Of a DNA stretch of 37,491 nt, positions 1-11,500 are shown piece after piece. The position numbers were made by a program, and so were the translations under genes. This DNA comes from Reclinomonas americana ATCC 50394. Its lineage: Eukaryota. The first letter of the stretch is position 1. Each line of letters begins with the position of its first letter. Below the pieces are notes generated by a model. The model had not been told where the DNA came from, did no database searches, and was given only the letters and a program-made list of their open reading frames with translations. The stretch is taken from NCBI GenBank assembly GCA_048213135.1, contig PS015066.1, positions 25,160 through 62,650 of the forward strand, in the 5' to 3' direction.

Positions 1-491
1 CACACACACTCACAAGACACACTCTTCTATGAAAAATATGCAACATGAGACACACACACACACTCACCCGTCGCACTCTCCCACATCCTCTGCACATCCC
101 TCGCGCGCGCCCTCTCAAACGCATCCGCCAAGTGCCGCACTCTCGCCACCAACGACGCCGCCTCATGCGCTCTCCCCGCGCCCAACGCCACCACAGACTC
201 ACTCGCACTCACAAACAACACGCTCCCTTCTCCAGCTCCAGAGCCTCCCAATTGCAAAGGCCGCGCCACTCGCATTCTACTCCCACTTGCCCTCGCTTTT
301 CGTGTGCTTTTCGTGTGCTTCAACAGGCGTCGCGTCATCTTTTGCCACACTTGTTGGCAGCGACGCGAGTGTGCTTGCATCACGTGTAAGGTGTCGCGCT
401 CTTCTCCGCTCAACTGGGCCTCTTGCACAGAGGTGGCGAGAGGCACCGCAGGCGACTTGTGAGTGCTGGCACTGCTTGAGCGCGCACCCAT
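1..491 (-). CDS. Hypothetical protein, 5' part (runs off window start); possible N-myristoylation start MGARSSS
   Basis: Open frame MGARSSSASTHKSP...DVQRMWESATG followed by a GTGAGT donor near 68; divergent from the gene at 689. No recognisable family. Confidence 0.4.
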
Positions 492-565
492 GTGCAAAGT
501 AAAGACAATATCTCGCAAGTGAGTCACCTAAGGTGTGTCGCCTATACACGCCTAAGTCATCGCCT

Positions 566-686
566 AAGTGTGTATAAGTGTGCGGGAGTGTGTATAAGTG
601 TGTAGAAGTGTGTGCAAGTGTGTGGAAGTGTGTGAAAGTGTGCGGAAGTGTGTGAAAGTGTGCGTAGAGTGTGTGCAAGTGTGTGT
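566..686. repeat. ~10-bp period minisatellite (AAGTGTGYNN)n, ~12 units
   Basis: aagtgtgtat aagtgtgcgg gagtgtgtat aagtgtgtag aagtgtgtgc aagtgtgtgg aagtgtgtga ... seen directly. Confidence 0.85.
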
Positions 687-688
687 CC

Positions 689-1214
689 ATGAGTGTGCAA
701 GAGCTGTGTGCGTCGTTCTCGTTTGCGCATGAGGAGCTGAATGCGCGACTGGAGGAGGTGCGCAAGAGTGTTTCTGCACTTGTGGAGGCGCGATTGAGAG
801 CTCGTAATGCACATGAAGAGTGGTTGCAAGCACGAGGTCTCTCTCTCTTAACTCTTGACTTGCAATCTGTGTGGTCACTGATGAGCGCGTGGCACAGTGT
901 GTGCTCGGCAAGTGTTTGAGGAGCGAGTAGCAGTGGTGCAACGCACTGCGCGGAGTGTGTCGTCTTTGTCGTCTTCTGCCTCTGTGGAGGAGGGAGTGCG
1001 CGAGTTTGTCTGTGCATGTGTGGCGATGCGAGTGGCGGTGCTGGCGGCGGAGAAGCAGGCGGATGCGTTGCGTGACACGCCGGATGCGGGTGTGGCGGCG
1101 GCAGTGGCCGAGTTCAATCGATTGGTGGAGGAGCTGGCGGGCGAGGCGGAGCGAGTGGGAGAGCGAGTGGTGCGTCTACAACTGATACATGCAAAGCTGT
1201 GGTGCTTACTGTAG
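689..1214 (+). CDS. Small helical/coiled-coil hypothetical protein, exons 689-836 and 898-1214
   Basis: MSVQELCASFSFAHEELNARLEEVRK...EWLQAR joins VCARQVFEERV...AKLWCLL* through a phase-1 GT-AG intron; coding-like composition. Confidence 0.55.
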
Positions 1215-1237
1215 TGTAGCCGTGGTTTATTCCGTAC

Positions 1238-4200
1238 ATGGCGGCGACGGGTGACACGGGCAAGGTCGACCTTGGTGGACGATTGCTGGACGCCAATGGG
1301 TTTTCGATATTCGAGACCAAGGCGCGTTGTGCATGACTGGTTAAGTTTTGCTGGCGTTCTTTGTTGCTCATGTGTAGGTGTGCAGTGTGCGATCAGTGGA
1401 TGGGTGATTCAGGATGGAGCGATGGGCGAGGGCACTGCGCGGTATCGGTGTTTGGATGTGGTGCGCTCGGATCGCTCGGTGGAGTGTCACGAAGCGGTGT
1501 CGGTGGTGCTGGAGGCGCTGCAGCGAATGGAGGAGTCGGGTGCGCTGCCGGCCGGCGCCGCCATGTCGTTGCTGTTGCAAGAAGTGGAGGGTGTCGGAGA
1601 GGAGAGCGGCGGGCATCCACTGGCCACGCTGTCGGCCACGCGCCATGCTGTGTTTGCGCTGGAGACCAACCACCCGGTGTTTCTGTACAATGGCGTCATT
1701 GGTGCGTCCGTCCGCACTGTGAGAGAAGGTGTAACGTGCCTGCCTGACGCTGCGGTCTTTGCAGATGCGAAATCCCCGGCCGAGGCACTGAATCGTGCAT
1801 TCGCCGCCTATCCGAACCGCCCGGCTGTCGGCATGCCCGCTCATCGAATCGATGAAACCAACATGCCATTCGGGCGGCAGTGCGACATGGCAGTGGAGGC
1901 GTGAGTAGCCGTGTGCCGATATGTGTAACTCTCTCTCTCTCTCTCTCGCTCTCGCTCGCTCGCTCGCTCTTCCCCATCGTCTCCCCCATCGTCTCTCCCC
2001 TCCCCCTTCTCCTTCCCCCTTCCCCCTTAACCCTTCTTCTCCGCCTTCCCCCCTTCCTTCTCACCCCCTTTGCTCACCGCAGATACCGCTTCATGTCCTA
2101 CCGCCGCATCGGCGAGCTGACGCGCATCTTGGCCAGCGCACTGGATCGCCTGCTGCCGCCGGGCGTCTTTGTCGGTCTCGCCGGCGACAACCGCCTCGAA
2201 TGGATCGTCACCGACTTTGCGTGCTCCGTTGCCTCACGCCATGCCATTGGCCTGCACAAGGTACATGCTTCTTGCCTCTCTCTCCTCCTCACGACACTTT
2301 TTCGCTCATCCACAACATGGCAGACATTTTCGGCCAACGATTTGGACTTTGTTGTGCACAATGCCGAGTTGCATGCGATTGTCAGCGACCTCGAGTTCCT
2401 TCGTGTCGTTGCCACGGCCGCTCCACGCATCGCCGACACGGTGCGTGTCGTGATTCTCATGGACGACGCGGCGCCGGCGGCATTGCTGGCGCCCTTGGCA
2501 CACCAGTTGAGCGAGGCCGGCATTCGATTGGTGCTGCTAAGCGAGCTGGTGGCCGGCGTGGTGGAAGCCGCGTTGCCGGTGCTCGACGAGGAGCCGCGTT
2601 CCATCTTTGCCGTGCTGTACACGAGTGGTTCGACAGGTCAGCCAAAGGGCGTCACCGTGACCTCGGAGGTTTCGTACTCGTCAAGAAAAAATGGCACACA
2701 AGTGTGCGTCGGTGCTGAGCAGCGCGTCGCGCAGATGTTCCTGAAGGACATTTCCAGCTCCGGCTTCATGGACGTGTATCCGGTGGCCGGCTGCTCGTAC
2801 ATTCCATTGTCGCACTCCACCGACCGCATGCGCGTGTGGGAAACAATGATTCAGGGCGGGCGCATCGGCTTCTGCAACTACCATTACACCAACTGGGTTG
2901 ACCACGAGACCGTGAAGAAGGACCAGCTTGTGCATGTGAGTGAGGCGGGGAAGGGAGCATGAGTGACGAGATGTCAGAGAGAGATCTCACGCTCGTTGGT
3001 ACGCCAGGATCACGACACGGGCACCAACAACGTGGAGACACTGCTGGAGGATCTGCGGCTGGTGCGGCCCACCATTTTCATTGGTCCACCGCGCATCTGG
3101 AATGGGATTTATGAGGTGCGACTCTGTGTATGCACTTATCTGCAGGACGACTTGTGCTCACGATCCTGTGCACAGATCTGGGGACGTAGCGTAAGGAGGC
3201 ATGTCGCCAATGGCGCAGCAGTCGAGGAGGCAGAGCATCTGGCCAGCGAGGAATGTCGGCAGATTCTCGGCAATCGCGTGGTGCACTGTGCCACTGGTGA
3301 GTTCACCTCTGTTTCCATCCGTTGGTGTGCGTGAAGTCTCACTTGTGTGGTAGGCGGTGCGCCGACGAGCGAGAAAGTCAAGGTGTGGGTGCGCAAGCTG
3401 CTGCCAGACGTGGCATTCATCGACTCGTATGGCGCCACCGAGTGCGGTGGCATTGCACGCGACGGCGTCGTCATGCCGAGTGTGGAGATGAAGCTCGTGG
3501 ATCATCCCGACATTGTGAGTCGCTGTACACGACTGGATGTGTGAGAGGCAGCTCGTCTCATCTACCTGTGCTCTCAGGGGTTCACCAACGCCGACAAGCC
3601 GTTCCCTCGCGGTGAAATCGCCGTTCGCTCTTTCTTTGTGTCACCTGGTTATCTCAAGTTGCATAATGTCTGCCCGCGTTGTGTGGCCACTTCGTGCTCA
3701 CCACTCGTGCACTGCAGAGATCCAGTGAAGACGGCAGAGGCGTTTCACGATGGGTGGTTCCACACAGGTCAACCTTTTATACAGTGTCTCCTCTGGTGAT
3801 CGATCCTTCTCACGTTCTCCGCAGGCGATCTGGGCATGGTGGACGGCGATGGAAAGCTGCACATTCTCGAGCGCGCCAATGTTTCGTGTGCTGTCAACGA
3901 TGACCACCTGTTAGCTTCTCGCAGTTCTGGTCTTCTTCTCGATTCCTGATGCACCTCTTTACATTCTGTTGTGCGATTCTCTATTAATATTCTGGTCTTC
4001 ATCTCGCTTCTTGGGTCACCTCTCTTTTTCTGGATCCTTTGCATTCTTCCCTGTCAGTTTGTCCTCCCAGCTGCACGCTATTCTCGATTCTGGTCTGCTT
4101 CTCGCTTCCAAACTCACTTTCTGAGCCTGATCTTTCTTCCCTGTCAGTTTGTCCTCCATTTCTTTCTGCAGCTGCAGGCTATTCTAGATTGCTGCTCGCT

Positions 4201-5058
4201 TCCTCGCTCACTCTGTTGACCCTGCTTCTCTTCCCCTGCCAAATTGTCCTCCCTTGCCTCCTGCAGCCGCAAGCCATTCTCGCTCACTGATACACTCCAA
4301 TGCTTTCCTTCTGCCACAACCTTTGGCCCGTGACCCTTGATTCTTTCGATTCTCGTCTTCTTCCGACTTCCTGCTGCAACCCTCTCTTTCTCTTGATCCC
4401 GTTCCCTCTTCCCCTGTCCTCTTGTTCCCCCCTACTGTGCTAACTCCGCCAAACGCGCGCAGGCCGTTCAAAGTCTCTCCACCGGCCAAGTGTACTGTCC
4501 GACGCATCTGGAGAGCCTCTTTGAAGAGAGCACCCTGGTGCGTGGCACACACCTTGCGTAATTATTGCGTGATGCACTGACTCTCTCTGCAGGTTCACGG
4601 CGTCTACGTGCATGGCGAGCCGCAACGAGACCACCTCGTTGCCGTGGTGGTGCCGTCGGAATCCGCTCGCGACTCGGTCACGCCTGCAGCGGTATGCTTG
4701 TCTCGCCCTTTCCCTCCTTCCCTGCCATTGCTCACCGCACCCAGGTCCTCGACGATTTCAACCGCCTGGCTGCGCTGCGTGGTGCGTCGCATTCCCACTC
4801 CCACCTCTTTTCCCCGTCGCCTTCTCACACCTGTCTCGCAGGCCTGGAGCCACACCAAGTGCCACAGGCGGTGCACCTCACGCTGGACGAGTGGCGCGCC
4901 GACGGCGACGCGCTGCTCAATCTGCATTTCAAGAAAATGTTGCGTGCACGCACCTCCCTCACGTTCCATCACGGTGCCCTCACACCCAAGAACACAGTCG
5001 CCGCAACTTTGCTCGCCACTACCGCGATCAGCTGCAGGCACTGTACGAGAGCAGCTGA
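1238..5058 (+). CDS. AMP-binding adenylation enzyme (long-chain acyl-CoA synthetase / carboxylic acid reductase A-domain-like), ~16 exons
   Basis: Spliced motifs YTSGSTGQPKG, PLSH, EDLRLVRPT, TGGAP, SYGATECG, DKPFPRGEI, GWFHTGDLG; C-terminus KKIRRNFARHYRDQLQALYESS*. The start at 1238 is inferred. Confidence 0.9.
3881..4462 (+). repeat. Unusually long intron containing degenerate pyrimidine-rich internal repeats
   Basis: TTCTTCCCTGTCAGTTTGTCCTCC at ~4044 and ~4134, with a related copy at ~4230; flanking exons ERAN|AVQSL join in frame. Confidence 0.6.
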
Positions 5059-5121
5059 CAGCATAATTCCTTTCATACAAGATTGTTTTTTTCTCTGTGG
5101 CTCCTGGTCACGAGAGCATCA

Positions 5122-6527
5122 TCAGATCAGCGACTCGAGGAACTCCTCAAACAGCCGATGGCAGTCGTCGAGGTTTCCCGGGTGCAGATTGATGTCTTGC
5201 GCCTTCAAGTGCATCATTTCTCGTGCTGCGCAAGCAAGAGTCTGAGTCACACAAAGAGAGATATTGGTAACGGATGCTGTGGAACGCAACGCAGTTTGAC
5301 GGGTCCATGCAGCGCTCCCGAGTGTGGTCGATTCGAGAGAATGAGGCACTGATCGCTCTTCAGGCCGCTGTTGACGACCACCGTGTCGTACCTGAGAATC
5401 CCGTCAAAAATGAGCAACCGCGAAGACGGAGACTATATGCATAGAAGAGACTCAGTCGCACCAGCTCTTGATCTCCGCCTCGTGTGCTCGCACTTCCGGA
5501 TTGAACACCAGCAACGCGCCATTCATGTCGGCCAGCACTGCCGGCAGGGTGCTCTCAAACCTACGCATTCACTCGCTTTTTAGAGAATAGCAGCGACAGC
5601 AGTGCCACTGGCAGACTCGTGCGTAACTTGCGATCGCCAGAGGCATCCCACAACTCCACGTGCACCTGTCGGCCCTGAATGAATCGCTCGACCTCGAAGA
5701 TCCTGCGATCGCCACAGAGAGAGAAAAGTCAATACGAGGGAGGGAGAGAGAGAGAGGGGGGGGGGGGGAGGAAGGAGGAAATCGAATGAAGCGAGACTGA
5801 GAGAACTGCACTGAATGATCACGAGTGAACGAGGACTGAAGAAAGACAGTTGTGATCACGAGCGCGTGGGATACCGCGAGTGCGTTCACGAGTAAAAGAG
5901 TGTTCGAGCGAGTACGTGAGACTTGTGAGGGGACTGAGATGGAGTTGTCTCTTGGGAGTTGTCCATCGTGATCGCATCACAGTCTCTCTCTCCTTCCCTC
6001 ACTCATCACCACCCACTCCAGCACTCTTTCTTGTCCTCACCCACTCACGATCATTCACCCAAGCACCACTCATCACGATCACTGTCTCCATCTCTTTCTC
6101 TCCATGATCTCACTTTCCCCTCCTCACTATCGCGTAATCACACACTCAAACCGTCTCCCCCGTCTCCCCCAGTTGTCCTCACTCGTGATCGCTCTCCCTC
6201 ACCGTCACAAACACTCACACAGCCACGATCACACACACACACACGATCAATTACACTCCCCTCCTCAGACGCGCATGATCACTCACTCTACCAGTCTTCA
6301 GTTGTCCACACTCTTGATCGTGCTGCCTCACCATCATATACACGCACAAGCACAGCCACGATCACACACTCACCCAGCCTTCCTTGTCCACTCATGATCA
6401 CGCTCTCTGCCTCCTTCCAACTCATCCTGATCACTCTCACTCATGATCACTCACTCTCCCCTCCTCACTCACGCGTGATCGCGCACTCAAACAGTCTCCG
6501 TCACTCGTGATCACTCTTCCCTCACCA

Positions 6528-6577
<50 letters not shown>

Positions 6578-6870
6578 ACATCTTCTCTCTCTCTCTCGCT
6601 CCCTTCCCACCCCTCCTCCCTTCCCCTTCTCCTTTCATTCCACCCTCCCTTCGCACCTCACACCCGCAGTGGGAATATACGGGCAATCCGCTGGATCCTT
6701 GATCGTCTCCGCCAGCACGTTCGTAATCAACGACTTGCCCGAGCCTACCAAAACGCGCGAAAACATAACCGTCAACTCAACAAAATAACACTCCCGCACA
6801 CACAGACACAGACACAGACAAGCACACCTTGTGGCCCAGCAATCACCACCTTCAATGTCGTCGACGCCAT
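5122..6870 (-). CDS. IFT22: Intraflagellar transport protein 22 (RABL5), Rab-like small GTPase, 6 exons
   Basis: Spliced product MASTTLKVVIAGPQGSGKSLITNVLAE...YIPTAGVRIFEVER...VELWDASGDRKFESTLPAVLADMNGALLVFNPEVRAHEAEIKSWY...LKSDQCLILSN...FEEFLESLI*; matches the RABL5/IFT22 pattern (P-loop, PTxGVRI, ELWDxxGD, no NKxD). Confidence 0.9.
5709..6657. repeat. ~950-bp low-complexity intron with dispersed TGATCA/GATCAC-rich degenerate repeats, poly-G, (GA)n and (CA)n
   Basis: Lies between IFT22 exons AGVR and IFE; repeated atgatcactc/cacgatcac motifs; (CA)n at ~6527-6580. Confidence 0.6.
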
Positions 6871-6952
6871 TCACACACACAAACAAAGAGAAACGTTGTT
6901 GTTGCGAGTATGATGAGTCACTGTCAGTGATTAATTGTCTCTCTTTCTCACA

Positions 6953-7973
6953 ATGGCCTCGCCCGCACTCATCGCCGCTCTCCTCGCCGTCATCACCATT
7001 GGCGTGGTACTCGTGTGGCTCATTGCCAAGTGGCATCGCGAGGCCAGAGAACGCGATGCAAAGGCCGCGCTGGAGGCACTGGCTGCAGCAGCAGCTGACA
7101 CGGGTGTTGCGCCTGCGCNNNNNNNNNNNNNNNNNNNNNNNNNNNNNNNNNNNNNNNNNNNNNNNNNNNNNNNNNNNNNNNNNNNNNNNNNNNNNNNNNN
7201 NNNNNNNNNNNNNNNNNNNNNNNNNNNNNNNNNNNNNNNNNNNNNNNNNNNNNNNNNNNNNNNNNNNNNNNNNNNNNNNNNNNNNNNNNNNNNNNNNNNN
7301 NNNNNNNNNNNNNNNNNNNNNNNNNNNNNNNNNNNNNNNNNNNNNNNNNNNNNNNNNNNNNNNNNNNNNNNNNNNNNNNNNNNNNNNNNNNNNNNNNNNN
7401 NNNNNNNNNNNNNNNNNNNNNNNNNNNNNNNNNNNNNNNNNNNNNNNNNNNNNNNNNNNNNNNNNNNNNNNNNNNNNNNNNNNNNNNNNNNNNNNNNNNN
7501 NNNNNNNNNNNNNNNNNNNNNNNNNNNNNNNNNNNNNNNNNNNNNNNNNNNNNNNNNNNNNNNNNNNNNNNNNNNNNNNNNNNNNNNNNNNNNNNNNNNN
7601 NNNNNNNNNNNNNNNNNNNNNNNNNNNNNNNNNNNNNNNNNNNNNNNNNNNNNNNNNNNNNNNNNNNNNNNNNNNNNNNNNNNNNNNNNNNNNNNNNNNN
7701 NNNNNNNNNNNNNNNNNNNNNNNNNNNNNNNNNNNNNNNNNNNNNNNNNNNNNNNNNNNNNNNNNNNNNNNNNNNNNNNNNNNNNNNNNNNNNNNNNNNN
7801 NNNNNNNNNNNNNNNNNNNNNNNNNNNNNNNNNNNNNNNNNNNNNNNNNNNNNNNNNNNNNNNNNNNNNNNNNNNNNNNNNNNNNNNNNNNNNNNNNNNN
7901 NNNNNNNNNNNNNNNNNNNNNNNNNNNNNNNNNNNNNNNNNNNNNNNNNNNNNNNNNNNNNNNNNNNNNNNNN

Positions 7974-8068
<95 letters not shown>

Positions 8069-8395
8069 AAGCGCAGGGAGAATAACCTTATTCACCCTCC
8101 CTCACTTCCTCCCTCACCCCTTCCCCTCCCTCCCTCCCCTCCCTCCCTCCCCTCTCCCACCCTCCCTCCCCTCTCCCTCCCTCCTTCCCTCTCACTCTCG
8201 CAGACCGTGGTCAGCCGCCTGACCGCACTCGACGAGTCGGGCAAGTTGACGGGCATCATTGACGACCGAGGCAAGTTCATCTGCATCACCAACGACGAGC
8301 TGAAGGCTGTGGCCGACTACATCACCGTCAAGGGACGTGTGTCCATCTCCGAGCTCACAAAGAAGGCCAACCAGCTGATTCGGTTCGATGCGTGA
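6953..8395 (+). CDS. DDRGK1: DDRGK domain-containing protein 1 (UFBP1), UFMylation adaptor; middle lost in gap
   Basis: N-terminal TM anchor MASPALIAALLAVITIGVVLVWLIA; last exon 8204-8395 encodes LTGIIDDRGKFICIT...ADYITVKGRVSISELTKKANQLI. Confidence 0.93.
7119..7973. other. Assembly gap
   Basis: Run of N. Confidence 1.
7974..8066. repeat. (CA)n microsatellite in DDRGK1 intron
   Basis: Pure CA run abutting the gap. Confidence 0.95.
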
Positions 8396-8505
8396 TGCAT
8401 GAGTGCATGAGTGAAAGCCATTGTTTGGGTGGCGACGAAACAACACAAGTGACGGCTTGCATTTTTTTCGTTCCCTATTAAAAAAAGAATTGTACAAGGT
8501 GTGTG

Positions 8506-11500
8506 TCATCTAGGAGGGTGGAAGCGCGCAATCGTTTCCGGAGCAAAGAAGCGCGCAAAGTCAGGCTCGGCCGACCAGTGCTGCGCGGCCAACTCGTACA
8601 CGCGCAGGAACACGCGCACAAAGCGCGCTGGCGAATAGAAATAATCAAAGATACCAGCAGGTGGTTGAAGAGCCTGCCACACAGAACAACAACAGAGCGT
8701 GAGCTCGAGTCTTTCTCTTCCGTACATGAAAAAACCCAACACATACCTCTTTGGTTTGCGGTGTATATTCGCGATAGTGGTTGCACACGTTGCGCGTCAG
8801 GCGCAACAAGTCAGTGGCGCTGTTCTTGTCGTACTTGCGATACGATCCGCAGTCGACGGCCACAAAGTCGTCGAGTTTGGCGATCCACCCGTCGGGACCT
8901 GCAGCAACACGAGATTAACAGAGCTGTCGCCACTACCGTCGTGCTGCTGCGGTGCATCAACACACTGACCGACAAGCGCCGGTGACTCCCGCGTCAGACT
9001 TTCCCACACAATGGACGGGCTGCCGCGCTCCTTGCCCAGCTGCTCGCTGACCTGGGAGATGAACATCATGCGCCGCTCGCCGTCCCAGAACGCCGGGTGT
9101 GCGCGAACTTCTTGCATCGATGGTCTGTGCCGCGGTGTGTAATGAGCACAACACACACTCTCATCAATGCATGGCGCACTTCCTCCACCGACCTGCTGTT
9201 GGGATCGGCCTGAATCATCGACTGAATGAGCACCTTGTGCAGCGGCAAGTGATCGACACCGCGCAGATCGGCACGCCCACGCAGAATGTTGTGCTCGCGC
9301 GAGTGCCTGCGTCCACTTGTCAATCCACAGCACGACAGCAAGAGCACGATGACGACGACAACAACAACGCAACACGTCGCCAAACGGATGCTTGCCCTTG
9401 GTGAGCACATAGTAAAACACACAGCCGACAGCAAACACATCCATGGCCTTGGTCATGCGACCCTGGTTCAGAATCTGTCGGGTACACACATTCAGAACAC
9501 ACAGTCCGACACATTCAAGTGCATCAAAATGCGCACCTCTGGTGCCTGCCAGCCAAAGGTGCCGTACTGATCCAGTGTTTGGAACGAGATCTGATCACGG
9601 GTGAGGATTTTGCCGGTGCCCATGTCGGAGATCTTGACCCTGTTTGCGCCACACGAGTCAGCACGTGTGGAAGAGACAGTGGCGACACACGCGATTGTCT
9701 GCTTACCTGCCGTCGGTGCCCACCAGAATGTTTGCCGGCTTGATATCTCGATGGACGATATTCAAGCTGTGCAAATGGGCAATACCAGCCGCCACGCCCT
9801 CAATGGCCTGCGCGTCACGAGTGAGCAAGAGGAGTGAGGGAGAATGGGTGTGCAAGACATAGACACCTTCATGGCCGCCTCGGTCGAACTCTCTGGCAGA
9901 ATGTCAGAGAGATTGCCAGTACACCGCTCCAGTACGAGATACACAAATTGGCCATCGGATTCCTGTCACCCAGACAAAGAATGCCGTGTGAATACGTGCG
10001 CACATCATCTCACCCAACACAAAGTCAACAAAACCTTGGCGTAGTAGCGGACGACATTGGGATGATCGTCCGACGACACCTGCATACATCCACCAAGTCA
10101 GTGCACGGGACTGACAAACAAGGTCGCTGGAGAGAGAACTCACGAGAATCTTGATTTCTGTGTCGCTGACATCGAAGAACTCGCACAGCATGCGTTTGAC
10201 GGCCACAGGCCGGCCACCCAACAGACCGGCGTACACCACGGTGCCGTCTTTTCCGCGACCTGTTCAGTTGCACTCAACAGTTAGGCATTCGTCATTGGTG
10301 CTGATAACAAGCGCGCAATCGCACCAAGAATTTCGCGCTGAATCTCCAAACTGCCGACACGAGTGACACCATCCGGGGTGACCTCCTTGTCCGGCTGGAA
10401 CTTTGGTGGCCCTGCACAACATGCACACGTGAGTCAATGAGAGTGAACGAGCATCGCAATAGTCGTCGCAATGTGACGCACTGCCCCGAGAACTCGACTG
10501 CGATGGGCGAGGTTGGTAAGCAATCTGACAAACACACGCACACAGAATGACACGGCAGCTCGATACAAACCGACGACCACGATCCCCACGACGGCGACTC
10601 CTCGTCTGCATCTCCCGCCGCTGCGGTCGGCGCCGCTGCAGTTGCTGGTGGTTGCGGCGGTGGCGGCGGTGGCGGAGGCAACGATTGCACCGGTGGCGGT
10701 GCTTGTTGTGGAGGCGGAGCAGCAGCAGTCAATGGCGGCGTCGAGGTGGCAGATTTCGGCGGTGTTGGTGCGACATGCGCCGGCTCAACCGGCGCGTCTT
10801 CAGGCTCCGGCTCGTCACCACTGTGCGTCTCGTCGTCCGACGGCTCATCCGAGGCGACTGCTGGTCTCTGCGAGCGCCCAGCCTTGCCACCCTTCTTGCC
10901 GGCCTTGCCGCCCTTCTTGCCCGCTGCTGGTGCCTTCTTGCCACCGGCGACTCCACTGCCGGTGTTATTCGACACCTGGCTGGGCTTGGAGCCACCACGG
11001 GAGGCAGTATTCTACCAGCGATGGTCAGCAAGCAGGAAACAGAGAGAGGAAAAGTGGAACTAGACAACACACCTTGCTCGGTCCAACAATGCACCGATGT
11101 ACGGCCACCACAATGCCCACAGGCAGCAGCAACATGCAGCACACGAGTGCAGCAGTGGCGGTCGGGTTCACTCGACTCAGTGCGAGCAACCAGTCAGCTG
11201 TGCCCCACCCGTCAGCATCGCACACACCTCACACCAGACGAACACAGCATGAGGGTTACGCAACCGAGAATGGTGATGAGCGGCGCAGTTGGCGGCACAG
11301 GCTCGTACTTGGGGATCTTGCTGGTGCTACCGAGTGACCTGTGTACACACACAGAGTGTTAGAAAACATCTCCTACCTTCCCTGACAGCAAGCATGCACG
11401 CAACGAATCCGTCGCCCGATCAGAGTCGCCAGTCGCCACCTGCTCCGAGTCTCCATGCGGCAACGCGAGGCGACCAGGCACAGCGATCGGTTCACTTCGT

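Noticed and set aside
6635-8395. 350-490 aa ORFs spanning N runs (also 24234-25814 and 28391-29963)
   Set aside because: Artifacts of translating through assembly gaps and microsatellites
9615-9630. DMG instead of DFG in the IRE1 kinase as a sign of a pseudokinase
   Set aside because: DMG is normal in plant IRE1, and VAVK, HRD and APE are intact
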